From assembly GCA_017553545.1 (NCBI GenBank), contig JAFZKT010000072.1, positions 3,690 to 67,689 of the forward strand: a stretch of DNA of 64,000 nt, given 5' to 3'. Source of the stretch: Bacteroidales bacterium (GTDB lineage: Bacteria > Bacteroidota > Bacteroidia > Bacteroidales > UBA932). How positions within the stretch are numbered: position 1 is the stretch's first letter; the number at the start of each line of letters is the position of its first letter. This document shows, in pieces, positions 48,566 through 58,932 of this stretch. Position numbers and translations under genes: made by a program. The notes under the pieces are model-generated. The model saw only the letters and a list, made by a program, of their open reading frames with translations, was not told the origin of the DNA and made no database searches.

Positions 48566-49558
48566 ATGGCAGAGAGTAATTTCATAGACTACGTACGCAT
48601 CTTCTGCGCCAGCGGGCACGGGGGAAGCGGCAGCGCGCACCTGCACCGGGCGAAGTACGTCCCCAAGGGCGGTCCGGACGGGGGCGACGGCGGCCGCGGC
48701 GGGCACATCATCTTAAAGGTTAACCCGCAGCTGTGGACACTCATCCACCTGCGCTACCGGAAGGTGGTGAAGGCGGAGAACGGCGGCAACGGCGCCGAAG
48801 CCCTGAAACGGGGCAAGAACGGGGCCGATATTGTGCTGGAAGTGCCCCAGGGCGTGGTTGTGAAGGACGCGGAGACGGAAGAGGTGATTACCGAGCTCGT
48901 CGAGCCCGGGCAGGAATACATCCTCTGCCCCGGCGGCAAGGGCGGTTGGGGCAACGACCATTTCAAGAGCGCCACCAACCAGACGCCGCGTTACGCCCAG
49001 TCGGGCGAAGAAGGCGTGGAAGGCTGGTTCATCCTGGAGTTGAAAGTGCTGGCCGACGTAGGCCTGGTGGGCTTCCCGAACGCCGGCAAGAGTACGCTGC
49101 TGGCCGCCATTACATCGGCCAAACCGAAGATTGCGAATTACGCCTTCACCACGCTGGAGCCCAATCTGGGCATCGTGCGTTATTACGACGACCGTTCGTT
49201 CGTAATGGCCGATATCCCCGGCATCATCGAGGGCGCGCACGAAGGAAAAGGCATCGGGATGCGCTTCCTCAGGCACATCGAACGGAATTCCGTGCTGCTC
49301 TTCATGGTGGCGGCCGATGAACCCGATGTGGCCAAGGCCTACAAGATCCTGCTAGGAGAGTTAAAGGAATACAATCCGGAACTGCTGGTGAAAGACCGCG
49401 TGCTGGCCGTCACGAAGACGGACCTCATTGACGAGAAACAGCGCGCCAAGATTGAGAAGAAACTCCCGGAAGGCATTCCGCACGTGTTCATTTCCTCTGT
49501 TGCCGGCACTGGTCTCAATGATCTGAAAGAGGAACTCTGGAAAGCGCTGAACAAATGA
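48566..49558 (+). CDS. obgE: GTPase ObgE
   Basis: [33 protein letters not shown]; start MAESNF. Confidence 0.95.
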   Translation: MAESNFIDYVRIFCASGHGGSGSAHLHRAKYVPKGGPDGGDGGRGGHIILKVNPQLWTLIHLRYRKVVKAENGGNGAEALKRGKNGADIVLEVPQGVVVKDAETEEVITELVEPGQEYILCPGGKGGWGNDHFKSATNQTPRYAQSGEEGVEGWFILELKVLADVGLVGFPNAGKSTLLAAITSAKPKIANYAFTTLEPNLGIVRYYDDRSFVMADIPGIIEGAHEGKGIGMRFLRHIERNSVLLFMVAADEPDVAKAYKILLGELKEYNPELLVKDRVLAVTKTDLIDEKQRAKIEKKLPEGIPHVFISSVAGTGLNDLKEELWKALNK

Positions 49559-50148
49559 GCTTTTTTGATTCCATAGTTCAATTGGACAAGGCTGCGACCC
49601 TGTGGGTCAATAACTTGTCTTCTTCCTGGAATGATCTGTTCTGGGCGATCCTGTCGGATACGGAGGTCTGGTTTCCCGCCTATGCGCTCATCTTTGTATT
49701 CATCTTCTGGAAACTGGGCTGGAAGAAGGGCCTGGCAGTGTTACTTACGCTGGTTCTCACCATTCTGCTGGTGGACCAGGGCTCCAATCTGATCAAGGTA
49801 GCAGTAGGGCGGTACCGTCCGCTGTACGATGACTGGATGGTTAATAACGGATTAAGACTCCCCTATGGCTTCTATCCCGCCGGCAACTTTGGCTTCTATT
49901 CTTCCCATGCCAGCAATACCATCGGCTTTGCCACAGTGACCTATCTGGGCCTGAAATGGTTCCGGCCGCAGAGCAATTTCCGCATGTACGGCTGGATAGT
50001 CTACATTTGGGCCGGGTTGGTATGCATCAGCCGCATCATGATGGGCGCCCATTTCCTGGGCGACGTAACGGTGGGCGCGCTGGTGGGTTTCGGCGTAGCC
50101 TGGGGCCTTCTGAAACTGGCCAAACTGCCGTTTAAAGCGAAGGAATAA
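49555..50148 (+). CDS. PAP2 family phosphatase
   Basis: [23 protein letters not shown]. Confidence 0.88.
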   Translation: MSFFDSIVQLDKAATLWVNNLSSSWNDLFWAILSDTEVWFPAYALIFVFIFWKLGWKKGLAVLLTLVLTILLVDQGSNLIKVAVGRYRPLYDDWMVNNGLRLPYGFYPAGNFGFYSSHASNTIGFATVTYLGLKWFRPQSNFRMYGWIVYIWAGLVCISRIMMGAHFLGDVTVGALVGFGVAWGLLKLAKLPFKAKE

Positions 50149-51388
50149 CCTTTTCCATCCTGGTTCCGCGGGACCCCTTTACAAGAATGATACAGCCCTC
50201 CAGGGGGTGTTCTTTCAGGTATGCCGCCAGGTCGTCCGACGTGGGGAAACAAGGGATGCCGGTGCCGGCGGCCGCAGCGGTGAATTCTTCGCCGACGAGG
50301 TATGCTTCTACGCCGGCAAGGCGCTCGACAATACGCTTGTGCTCCGCGGCGGAATCCGCGCCCAGCTCACGCATATCGCCTAAAAGGGCCACCTTGCGGC
50401 CTTCGCAGAGGGCGAGGTTGTCCAACGCCACGGCCATGGAGGACGGATTGGCGTTGTAGGCATCCACGATGACGGTATTGCGCTCCGTCTTGAGGAGTTG
50501 CGAACGGTTGTTGGAAGGCGTATAGTCCGCGATGGCATTGAAGGCATCGGCCTCGGGGACACAGAAGAACCAGCCGATTTTGAGGGCGGCGAGGACGTTA
50601 CAGGCGTTATAGGCACCTACGAGGTGCGTGTCCAGCACTTTGCCGTCGGCCCACTTGAGGCGCAGGAAGGGAGTGGAGGAGACGCTGATGCCGTCCAGGC
50701 CGTAAGGGATGCAGCCCAATTCGCGCTCCCAGAGCATTCCCTGCAGGGTTTCGTCGTCCGCGTTGGCGAAGGCGACGCCCTCGTGTGCCTTCAGATAATC
50801 GTACAGCAGTCCCTTGGCGTGCTTTACGCCTTCGAAGCTGCCGAAGCCCAGCAGATGGGCCTTCCCCACGTTGGTGATAAGGCCGTGCGTGGGCTGCGAG
50901 ACTACCAGCAGCGGCCGAAGGTCCTCCGGATGGCTGGCGCCCATTTCCACGATGGCTATTTCGGCATCGGCCTTGATTTTCAGTACGGTAAGCGGTACGC
51001 CGATGTCATTGTTGAGGTTGCCCTCGGTGGCGGCGACGCGGTATTTCGCGCTCAGGACCGCCTTGATGAGTTCCTTGGTGGTGGTTTTCCCGTTCGTGCC
51101 GGAAAGGCCGATGACAGGAATTCCCAGCTGCCGCCGATGATAGGCCGCCAGTTCCTGCAGGGCCGACAGGGTGTCGGGGACCTTGACCAGGCGCGGGTCC
51201 TCGGCCGCCACGCTGTCATTAACCACGGCGCAGCAGGCGCCCGCTTCCAGAGCCTGCAGGGCGAAGGTGTTTCCGTCGAAGTTCTCCCCTTTCAAGGCTA
51301 CGAATAACTGCCCGGGCTGAATGCTGCGGGTGTCCGTGTTCACGCCTGCGCTGTGCAGGAAAATCTGATATAAATCTTTGATACTCAT
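50132..51388 (-). CDS. murF: UDP-MurNAc-tripeptide--D-Ala-D-Ala ligase
   Basis: [43 protein letters not shown]. Confidence 0.95.
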   Translation of the reverse strand: MSIKDLYQIFLHSAGVNTDTRSIQPGQLFVALKGENFDGNTFALQALEAGACCAVVNDSVAAEDPRLVKVPDTLSALQELAAYHRRQLGIPVIGLSGTNGKTTTKELIKAVLSAKYRVAATEGNLNNDIGVPLTVLKIKADAEIAIVEMGASHPEDLRPLLVVSQPTHGLITNVGKAHLLGFGSFEGVKHAKGLLYDYLKAHEGVAFANADDETLQGMLWERELGCIPYGLDGISVSSTPFLRLKWADGKVLDTHLVGAYNACNVLAALKIGWFFCVPEADAFNAIADYTPSNNRSQLLKTERNTVIVDAYNANPSSMAVALDNLALCEGRKVALLGDMRELGADSAAEHKRIVERLAGVEAYLVGEEFTAAAAGTGIPCFPTSDDLAAYLKEHPLEGCIILVKGSRGTRMEKVIPSL

Positions 51389-51819
51389 TTCTTTCCTGTA
51401 GAGCCAAATCCGCCGGCGCCGCGCTCGGTGGCGTCCAGCTCATCCACTTCCTCCCAGGACACCTGTTCGTGGCGGGCGATGACCATCTGGGCGATGCGCT
51501 CACCCGGAACCACCTCGAAGGGCTGGTCCGACAGATTCACCAGAATCACGCGGATTTCGCCGCGGTAGTCTGCGTCTATTGTCCCCGGCGTATTCAGCAC
51601 CGTGACGCCGTGCTTGGCGGCCAGGCCGCTGCGGGGCCGCACCTGCGCTTCAAATCCCGCAGGAAGGGCGATGTAAAGGCCCGTGGGCACCATCGCACGC
51701 TGCAGCGGTGCCAGGGTTATGGGTTCTTCCATGTGAGCCCGCAAATCTACGCCGGCCGACTGGGGCGTGGCGTACGCGGGACAGGGATAAGGCGAATGAT
51801 TGACAATCTTGACCTTCAT
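51385..51819 (-). CDS. dut: dUTP diphosphatase
   Basis: [34 protein letters not shown]. Confidence 0.96.
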   Translation of the reverse strand: MKVKIVNHSPYPCPAYATPQSAGVDLRAHMEEPITLAPLQRAMVPTGLYIALPAGFEAQVRPRSGLAAKHGVTVLNTPGTIDADYRGEIRVILVNLSDQPFEVVPGERIAQMVIARHEQVSWEEVDELDATERGAGGFGSTGKK

Positions 51820-52913
51820 TATTTCGGTGCTTTAATGTAAAGGATGGCGGCGATGATGGCATACAGGACATTGGGCATCCAGATGGCCACCTTTGCCGGA
51901 AGCGTATCCGTGATTACGAACATCTCGCTGAACTGCATAAAGAGGATGTAGGAGAAGCCCAGTGCTGTTCCGGCAGCCAGATTCCAGCCCATCCCTCCCC
52001 TCTTTTTCTTCGTGCAGAGGGATACGCCGATGATGGTGAGGATAATAACGGAGACGGGCATCGCATAGCGGTTGTGCAGTTCTATCTGGGCGCGGTTCAC
52101 CGAGGCGTCGCCGCGGCGGATCTGGGTGCGGATGAGCTGCCTCAAATCCCGTCCGTTCAGTTTTTCTATGGTGAAGCGGTTGATGAAGAAGTCGTCCCGC
52201 GTGAGGCTGATGACCGTGTCAAGTTGCCGACCGCTGCGGATGCGGTCCTGCATCCCGTCTTCGTAGTCCCGGATTACATAATTGCGGAGTTTCCACACGC
52301 CGCTTACCGTGTCATACTGGGCGCTTTCGGCCTGGAGCTTCGATGTAAGCTTGCCGGTGGAAAGGTCTTCCAGGGTGAAGTTGTAGGCGGTGTTGTTGTA
52401 TGCGCTGAAGCTCTCGAAATACACGAAATGGTCATCCTCCAGCTTGTAGTGCATATTGTGTCCCTGCTTCACCTGCACCTTCATGAAGGAGTTGTATTTC
52501 ATCTCGAAGTCCACACGTTTTTCGTTGGCGTGCGGAATGACCCACATGCCCATGTAGAGGGAGATGCCGGCGATAAGGAGCGACGAAAAAAGGTAAGGGA
52601 CCATCAGCCGATGATAGCTGATGCCGCTGGACAGCATGGCGACGACTTCCGAATCCTGCGTCATCTTGGAGGTGAAGAAGATGACGGTGAGGAAGACGAA
52701 CATGGGCGCGTACTTGTTGATGAAATACGGCAGGAAGTTCACGTAATAGTCCAGGATGATGCTTTTCACCGAGACGTCGTTCTTAACGAAATCGTCGATT
52801 TTCTCGCTGATGTCGAAGATGACGGTGATGGCCGCAAGGAACAGGATGGACATGAAGAATGTCACCAGGAACTTGCGGATGATGTAAGCGTCCAGTCTGC
52901 GGATTCCGATCAT
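51819..52913 (-). CDS. LptF/LptG family permease
   Basis: [31 protein letters not shown]. Confidence 0.88.
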   Translation of the reverse strand: MIGIRRLDAYIIRKFLVTFFMSILFLAAITVIFDISEKIDDFVKNDVSVKSIILDYYVNFLPYFINKYAPMFVFLTVIFFTSKMTQDSEVVAMLSSGISYHRLMVPYLFSSLLIAGISLYMGMWVIPHANEKRVDFEMKYNSFMKVQVKQGHNMHYKLEDDHFVYFESFSAYNNTAYNFTLEDLSTGKLTSKLQAESAQYDTVSGVWKLRNYVIRDYEDGMQDRIRSGRQLDTVISLTRDDFFINRFTIEKLNGRDLRQLIRTQIRRGDASVNRAQIELHNRYAMPVSVIILTIIGVSLCTKKKRGGMGWNLAAGTALGFSYILFMQFSEMFVITDTLPAKVAIWMPNVLYAIIAAILYIKAPK

Positions 52914-54052
52914 AGGCGTTGCATCAGTTTTGGCACGACGGCTCCTTTCCACGCGGCATAGTCCCCCGCCACGATGTGCTCGCGGGCTGCCCGCACCAGG
53001 TCCAGATAGAAGGCGAGGTTATGTTCGGTGGCTATCATGGCGGCGAACATCTCCCCGGCGATGAACAGGTGGTGAAGGTAGGCCTTCGTATAGTAAGAAT
53101 CCACGAAAGACGTGCCCAGAGGGTCCAGGGGGCCGAAATCGTCCGTCCACTTGGCGTTGCGCATATTCATGATGCCGTCCCAGGTGAAGAGCATGCCGTT
53201 GCGGCCGTTGCGGGTGGGCATCACGCAGTCGAACATGTCGATGCCGCGGGCGATGCCTTCCAGGATGTTGGCGGGCGTGCCCACGCCCATCAGGTAACGG
53301 GGTTTGTTCTCCGGAAGCAGCGGACAGGTGACTTCCAGCATCTCATACATCTTTTCCGTGGGCTCCCCTACCGCCAGACCGCCAACGGCGTATCCGCCGC
53401 GATTGGCGTTGTCCAGTTTGAGGGCGTGCTCCACGGCCCGCTTCCGCAGTTCAGGATAAACACAACCCTGGATAATGGGAAACATCGTCTGGCTGTAGCC
53501 GTAGAGAGGTTCCGTTTCGTCGAAATGTTTCGCGAAGCGCTCCAGCCAGCCCTGGGTGAGCTTCAGCGACTTAGCGGCATAGCGCTCGTCGGCGTCTCCG
53601 GGGCAGCATTCGTCCAGGGCCATGATGATGTCAGCGCCGATGATGCGCTGGGTGTCCACGTTATTCTCCGGCGTGAAGATATGCTTGCTGCCGTCAATGT
53701 GGGAGGAGAACTTGCAGCCTTCCGGGGTGAGTTTGCGGATGGGGGCCAGCGAAAACACCTGGAATCCCCCGCTGTCCGTGAGGATGGGACCGTCCCAATG
53801 CTCGAATTTGTGCAGGCCGCCGGCTTTCCGCAGGGTGTCCAGTCCGGGACGCAGGTACAGGTGGTAGGTGTTTCCCAGGATGATCTGCGCTTTTATATCG
53901 GCCTGTAAGTCCCTGTGATAGACGCCCTTTACCGAACCCACCGTGCCTACCGGCATGAAGATGGGGGTCTCGATGCTGCCGTGGTCCGTTTTGAGCACGC
54001 CTGCGCGGGCGGCTGATCCGGGGTCCTGGGCTATGAGCGAAAAATGGGACAT
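52910..54052 (-). CDS. tgt: tRNA-guanine transglycosylase
   Basis: TPIFMPVGT, GNTYHL, TDSGGFQ, GGLAVGE, PRYLMGVG, DCVMPTRNGR. Confidence 0.95.
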   Translation of the reverse strand: MSHFSLIAQDPGSAARAGVLKTDHGSIETPIFMPVGTVGSVKGVYHRDLQADIKAQIILGNTYHLYLRPGLDTLRKAGGLHKFEHWDGPILTDSGGFQVFSLAPIRKLTPEGCKFSSHIDGSKHIFTPENNVDTQRIIGADIIMALDECCPGDADERYAAKSLKLTQGWLERFAKHFDETEPLYGYSQTMFPIIQGCVYPELRKRAVEHALKLDNANRGGYAVGGLAVGEPTEKMYEMLEVTCPLLPENKPRYLMGVGTPANILEGIARGIDMFDCVMPTRNGRNGMLFTWDGIMNMRNAKWTDDFGPLDPLGTSFVDSYYTKAYLHHLFIAGEMFAAMIATEHNLAFYLDLVRAAREHIVAGDYAAWKGAVVPKLMQRL

Positions 54053-54144
54053 CTGGTGATAATTGTTATGCAAAGTTAGCATTTTTATCAGATTTTTGCT
54101 TAATTTTGTAAGGATATACGGAGTATATAATAAAACCCATCTAT

Positions 54145-55392
54145 ATGAAGAACAAATCCTTGACCTTCCGCCTTATCGTGATGAATTTCCTGCAGTTTGC
54201 TGCATGGGGTTCGTGGCTCATCTCGCTGGGCGCTTACCTGGGCCGTGTGTTGGGCTTTTCCAACATTGAGGTCGCTAGTTTTTATGCACTTCAGGGCATA
54301 GCGTCTCTGTTTATGCCTGCCCTGTTGGGTATTGTGGCGGACAAGTACATTCCGGCCCAGAAGACGCTGGGACTTGCTCATTTCCTGTGCGCCGCCTTCC
54401 TGATTGCCGCCTCTTTCCAGAACACCTATTCAGCCATCTATCCCTTGATGCTGGGTGCGGTGTGCTTCTATATGCCCACCATTTCCCTGTCCAATACGGT
54501 TGCCTTCAACGCCCTTAATCAGGCTGGAATGGACACCGTCAAAGACTTCCCGCCCATCCGTGTATTTGGCACCATCGGCTTCATCGCCGCCATGTGGATA
54601 GTGGATTTGACAGGGTTTAACATCACCCACCAGCAGTTGTGGTTATCGGCCGGGATCAGCATTGCGCTGGGCCTCTATTCCTTCACCTTGCCTGCCTGCC
54701 CCATCAACAAGAGTAGCGGTGGTTCCCTGGTTGAGAAACTGGGACTCAAGGCCTTCAGTCTCTTCAAGCAGAAAAAGATGGCCATATTCTTCATTTTCTC
54801 AGCTTTGCTGGGTATGGCCCTTCAAGTCACGAATACATTTGCCGACGGTTATATCAAGGGTTTTGGAGACCCTGATTCCCCTTTGTATAATACCAAATAC
54901 GTGGGTACGTTTGGGGTAGATCACTCCACCATGCTTATCTCCCTGAGCCAGATTTCAGAAACCCTCTGTATTCTCCTCATCCCGTTCTTCCTTAAGAAAC
55001 TGGGTATCAAGAAGGTGATGCTCATCTCCATGATCGCTTGGGTGTTCCGCTTCGGCCTGCTGGGTACCGGCAATCCCGGTCCCGGAGTCTGGATGTTCAT
55101 CCTTTCCATGATTGTTTATGGTCTGGCTTTTGACTTCTTCAATATTTCCGGCGCTCTCTTCGTTGAGCAGGAAACGGATAAGTCCATCAGCGCAAGTGCA
55201 CAGGGTGTGTTCATGCTAATGACCAACGGCTTGGGTGCTTTCATAGGGTCCTACATCGCCGGTTATGTGGTGACGGCCTCCGGCTGGCCCAAATCCTGGT
55301 TCATCTTTGCCGCTTACGCCCTTGTTGTGGCCATTGCATTCTTCTTCCTATTCAAAGACCCCCAGAAAAAAGCCAAAGTAACGGCGAAATAA
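54145..55392 (+). CDS. Nucleoside:H+ symporter (NupG/XapB-like MFS)
   Basis: FLQFAAWGSW, FPPIRVFGTIGF, SQISE, AFDFFNISG, TNGLG. Confidence 0.9.
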   Translation: MKNKSLTFRLIVMNFLQFAAWGSWLISLGAYLGRVLGFSNIEVASFYALQGIASLFMPALLGIVADKYIPAQKTLGLAHFLCAAFLIAASFQNTYSAIYPLMLGAVCFYMPTISLSNTVAFNALNQAGMDTVKDFPPIRVFGTIGFIAAMWIVDLTGFNITHQQLWLSAGISIALGLYSFTLPACPINKSSGGSLVEKLGLKAFSLFKQKKMAIFFIFSALLGMALQVTNTFADGYIKGFGDPDSPLYNTKYVGTFGVDHSTMLISLSQISETLCILLIPFFLKKLGIKKVMLISMIAWVFRFGLLGTGNPGPGVWMFILSMIVYGLAFDFFNISGALFVEQETDKSISASAQGVFMLMTNGLGAFIGSYIAGYVVTASGWPKSWFIFAAYALVVAIAFFFLFKDPQKKAKVTAK

Positions 55393-55399
55393 GACTTCC

Positions 55400-55801
55400 C
55401 TAGTCTTCTGAACCGGCCCCCTCCCACAGGTACGCGATGTTCCTGATTCGGGTGGGGGTCAGTTCGTATCGGATGTCCAGGCAGGTGTAGATCCACTGAT
55501 GGCGGCCGGACTTCTGCAGGGAGGTAAAGAAGTTCATGTTGAAGCCCAGGTGAATGAGCGTGGGCCTGTCTACGCAGTGCAGGCCCAGCTTGAGGAGTTT
55601 GTCCAGGACCTCCCTGTTGCGGTTCAGGACCCGAAGTACCCGCTGAATCTCTTTGTCGCGGTTGGGCAGGCGCTGGCGGTTGTGCCAGCGGTTCTTGCAT
55701 GCCAGGCTGCAGAAGCGTTTGTCCACTCTGCCGCTTCCCAGTATCTCTCCGCACTGGGGACAGCGGAGCACATGGTCTATTTCCTCTTCGAAGTGAAACA
55801 T
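55400..55801 (-). CDS. Zn-ribbon-containing hypothetical protein (Bacteroidota family)
   Basis: CPQCGE...GRVDKRFCSLACKNRWHN, L.RNREVL, GFN..FFT. Confidence 0.75.
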   Translation of the reverse strand: MFHFEEEIDHVLRCPQCGEILGSGRVDKRFCSLACKNRWHNRQRLPNRDKEIQRVLRVLNRNREVLDKLLKLGLHCVDRPTLIHLGFNMNFFTSLQKSGRHQWIYTCLDIRYELTPTRIRNIAYLWEGAGSED

Positions 55802-55904
55802 GGCCTAAAAGACTGTCGGCGCAAAAATGGCAAGCGCCGCGGGATAATCCAAGCATCGGTCAAAACAAATCGAAGAATTATTCGTTTTAGCCGAACAACA
55901 CAGA

Positions 55905-55945
55905 ACGACCATCGGTCATTTTACTGGCCGATGGCCGTCTTTTTT
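55905..55945 (+). terminator. Terminator-like hairpin in the region upstream of ssb
   Basis: ACGACCATCGGTCA / TGGCCGATGGCCGT stem followed by CTTTTTT. Confidence 0.45.
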
Positions 55946-56120
55946 GTCTGAAACAACAGGCAAAACACGCAATCTGCATACAAAACGGAAATACCTGTCC
56001 ATGCCGGAAGCTTCGCCCTCGCATAAGGCGGAAATGCGACCTTTCTTTGCATCCGGCGCCGGGAAGCGGAATGAGCCGCCCAAGGCCCGGGCCGGTTGTT
56101 TAACGTTAAGTGTACGTATT

Positions 56121-56480
56121 ATGGAATTCTTAAACAGAATCGAATTGAGGGGGGTGATCGGCCGCGCCGACATCAACTCCTACAACGGGAACCACGTGTG
56201 CAATTTCTCCGTTGTCACCGAAAGTTCCGGGGTGGACCGGGACGGCAACTCCACGGTGGATCCCACCTGGTTCAATGTGTCGGCCTGGGACGGCGTGCAG
56301 GGAATCGACGACTTCACGCAGTTGAAAAAGGGCGGATGGGTGCGTGTCATCGGCCGCCTGCGCCTGCACAAATGGATTACACCGGACAATGAGGAACGCT
56401 CTTCGTTGGAGGTGCTGGCCCGGATGGTGGAAATCCTTCCCCGTGAAGAGTTCCAGATGTCGCCCCAACGCGACTATTAG
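56121..56480 (+). CDS. ssb: Short single-stranded DNA-binding protein lacking the acidic tail
   Basis: OB fold: LNRIELRG.IG, FSVVT, TWFNVSAW, LKKG..V.V.GRL; ends PQRDY; 119 aa. Confidence 0.82.
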   Translation: MEFLNRIELRGVIGRADINSYNGNHVCNFSVVTESSGVDRDGNSTVDPTWFNVSAWDGVQGIDDFTQLKKGGWVRVIGRLRLHKWITPDNEERSSLEVLARMVEILPREEFQMSPQRDY

Positions 56481-56491
56481 ATTCTCCGCCC

Positions 56492-57040
56492 ATGAAGCGT
56501 ATCCTTCTTTTCGCTTTCCTCCTGCTCCCCTTTTCCACCGGAGCGCAGCGTTATTCCGTTGGCACCAATGCCGTTGACTGGATGACGCTGGGCACCCTGA
56601 ATGCCGAGGCTTCCGTGGCTGTTGCCCGCTACGTGTCCGTTCACGCGGGTGCGGAGCTGAATCCCTGGACTTTTCACGCCGGAGACCCCGACCGGCAGAT
56701 GCAGTTGCGCCAGAACTCCTACTGGGCCGGAGCCCGCTGGTGGCCGTGGCATGTATACTCGGGCTGGTGGGCCGGGGCTGATTTCCGTTATACCGTGTAC
56801 AACGGCGGCGGTATACGGCAGCGGGAGGCGGAAGAAGGAGACGCCTTTGGGATGGGCATCTGGGGCGGTTATGCCGTGATGCTGTCGGGCCGTTGGAATC
56901 TGGACCTGGGCGCCGGGTTCTGGGGCGGTTGGACACGTTATAAAACCTATGCCTGCCCCCTCTGCGGGCATAAAGTGGAGGAAGGCGAAAAGCCCTTTAT
57001 CCTGCCGGATGCCCGTATTGCACTTCAATTGATTTTCTGA
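56492..57040 (+). CDS. DUF3575-family outer-membrane beta-barrel
   Basis: TNAVDW..LGTLN, NPWTF, RWWPW..YSG, YNGG, LDLGAG. Confidence 0.82.
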   Translation: MKRILLFAFLLLPFSTGAQRYSVGTNAVDWMTLGTLNAEASVAVARYVSVHAGAELNPWTFHAGDPDRQMQLRQNSYWAGARWWPWHVYSGWWAGADFRYTVYNGGGIRQREAEEGDAFGMGIWGGYAVMLSGRWNLDLGAGFWGGWTRYKTYACPLCGHKVEEGEKPFILPDARIALQLIF

Positions 57041-58932
57041 TGAAAGCGTTGTTCCCAGTCCTCCTGTTAATGGCACTTCTTTCCTGCGGACCGTCCGGGC
57101 ACCTGCGGGAAGTCCGCCGCGAGCATACGGGGGCAACCCTGTCGCTCTCCAGCCGGGAACTGGAGCGGGAACAGCGCTTCATCAAGGACACCAAACGGGA
57201 TACCGTCCGTGTGACTGATTTTCTCGGCACGCGCATGTATGTGATGAAAGCGGAAAGGGACAGCGTCACCGGCGAGATGGTGGCCAGCGATGTGTTGGAT
57301 GCCGCCGTGGTGACGGCCCGGTTCCGCCATGTGGCCGAACGCCACGGTCGCGTTGACCTCCGTTTCGAAATCACTGTTCCGGAGAAGATGCAGTCGAAAG
57401 AGTGGCAACTGCGTTTTTACCCGGACCTTTTTATGTTGGGAGACAGTGTCCGCCTGGAGCCGCTTGTCATAACGGGGCAGAATTACAGGTCCGGTCAACT
57501 GCGCGGTTATCAGCATTACAGACGCTTCCTGAGCAGGATTATTACGGATTCCACGCGCTTTGTGGACAGGCGCAACCTGGAAATATTCATCGAAAGAAAC
57601 CTGCCGGAACTGTATCGGTTACGCAGCGACAGTACCTACCTTACCGACGAGCAGTTCCGGTCGGCCCTGGGTGTCACGGGGAAAGAGGCGACTGACCATT
57701 ATACGCTCTGGTGGCTGCGACGCCGGAACGAAAGGCTGCTGGCCGACAAAGACAGGATGTACCGTAAATACGTGAAAGTCCCCATCGTTACGGAAGGAAT
57801 CCGCCTGGATACGGTCATCCGGAGCGTTGGCGGCGATATAGTCTATCACTACACCCAAACCATCGCTACGCGGCCCGGACTCAGAAAGGCCGATGTCACC
57901 TTGAGCGGAGACATCTGGGAAGGCGATGCGCGGCTCTATTCCATGAACCGCACGGAACCTCTTACTTTTTACATCAGCTCCCTGTCGGCCTTTGCCGATG
58001 ACAGCGACCACTACCTGACCCGGATAATCGAGCGACGCTCCAGCGCCAACGATGCCTGCTACATAGCATTCAAGGCTGGGGATGCCAGCCTGGACGAATC
58101 GCTTGGCAACAATGCGACCGAGATGGCACGTATCCGCGTGCGCCTTATGGAACTTATTGAAAATGAGAAATTTGACGTTGACTCCATTGTGATATCGGCC
58201 TACGCTTCCCCGGAAGGAAGGCTACGCGGCAATGAGTCACTTTCCAGGCGCCGGGCCGCGTCCGTCGCCGCCTATTGCGCCGCCTTCGCCGGGGATTCCA
58301 TCTCCTTCCGTTCCCGCTCCCGCGGGGAGAACTGGGACCTGCTCTCATTCCTGGTGGATACGGATTCCACCTTGACGGAGGCCGACAAGAACAGTTTCCT
58401 CGGGCATTTGGAAATGCCGGATCCGGACAGGCGGGAACGCGCCCTGTCCTGCGAACCCTATTACCCCTATTTACGAAAGACGCTCTATCCCCTGCTGCGT
58501 TCCGTCAGATTCGATTTTTTCCTCCATCGGAAAGGAATGCAGAAAGACACTGTACATACCACGGAACTGGATACACTTTATATGAAAGGCGTATCCCTTC
58601 TGAAAGACAGGGATTACAAAGCGGCCCTGGAATGCCTGAGGGACTACCGGGATTTCAATACGGCAGTCGCCTATGTGGCGCTGGACTGCAACGCATCGGC
58701 CATGGCTATCCTGCAGGAGCAGGAAAAAACGCCGGCGGTGAATTATATGATGGCCCTGCTGTATGCCCGCGCCGGAGAGGATGAAAAGGCCGTTCAGCAC
58801 TATCTGGACGCCTGCCGGGCCGATGCTTCCCTGGTCTTCCGGGGTAACCTGGATCCGGAAATAAACGTGCTCATCCGGCGATATGGGCTTCACGAATTGA
58901 CAGACCAACCTTTTAACAACAACACATTATGA
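57040..58932 (+). CDS. Lipoprotein with DUF3868/OmpA-like domain and C-terminal TPR-like helices
   Basis: Lipobox LLSC; F..G...LD..LGNN..E, AYASPEG..N..LS.RRA, ENW, YP.LR. Confidence 0.72.
   Translation: MKALFPVLLLMALLSCGPSGHLREVRREHTGATLSLSSRELEREQRFIKDTKRDTVRVTDFLGTRMYVMKAERDSVTGEMVASDVLDAAVVTARFRHVAERHGRVDLRFEITVPEKMQSKEWQLRFYPDLFMLGDSVRLEPLVITGQNYRSGQLRGYQHYRRFLSRIITDSTRFVDRRNLEIFIERNLPELYRLRSDSTYLTDEQFRSALGVTGKEATDHYTLWWLRRRNERLLADKDRMYRKYVKVPIVTEGIRLDTVIRSVGGDIVYHYTQTIATRPGLRKADVTLSGDIWEGDARLYSMNRTEPLTFYISSLSAFADDSDHYLTRIIERRSSANDACYIAFKAGDASLDESLGNNATEMARIRVRLMELIENEKFDVDSIVISAYASPEGRLRGNESLSRRRAASVAAYCAAFAGDSISFRSRSRGENWDLLSFLVDTDSTLTEADKNSFLGHLEMPDPDRRERALSCEPYYPYLRKTLYPLLRSVRFDFFLHRKGMQKDTVHTTELDTLYMKGVSLLKDRDYKAALECLRDYRDFNTAVAYVALDCNASAMAILQEQEKTPAVNYMMALLYARAGEDEKAVQHYLDACRADASLVFRGNLDPEINVLIRRYGLHELTDQPFNNNTL

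Noticed and set aside
54-52000. E. coli-type KOPS (GGGNAGGG) polarity around dif
   Set aside because: Some copies point toward dif (54, 7546, 51993), but others to the right of dif are counter-oriented (about 28016, 31661, 46852), so there is no consistent signal
55802-56120. Invertible promoter controlling the pilus operon
   Set aside because: No long perfect inverted repeats flanking a promoter, and no recombinase seen in the window
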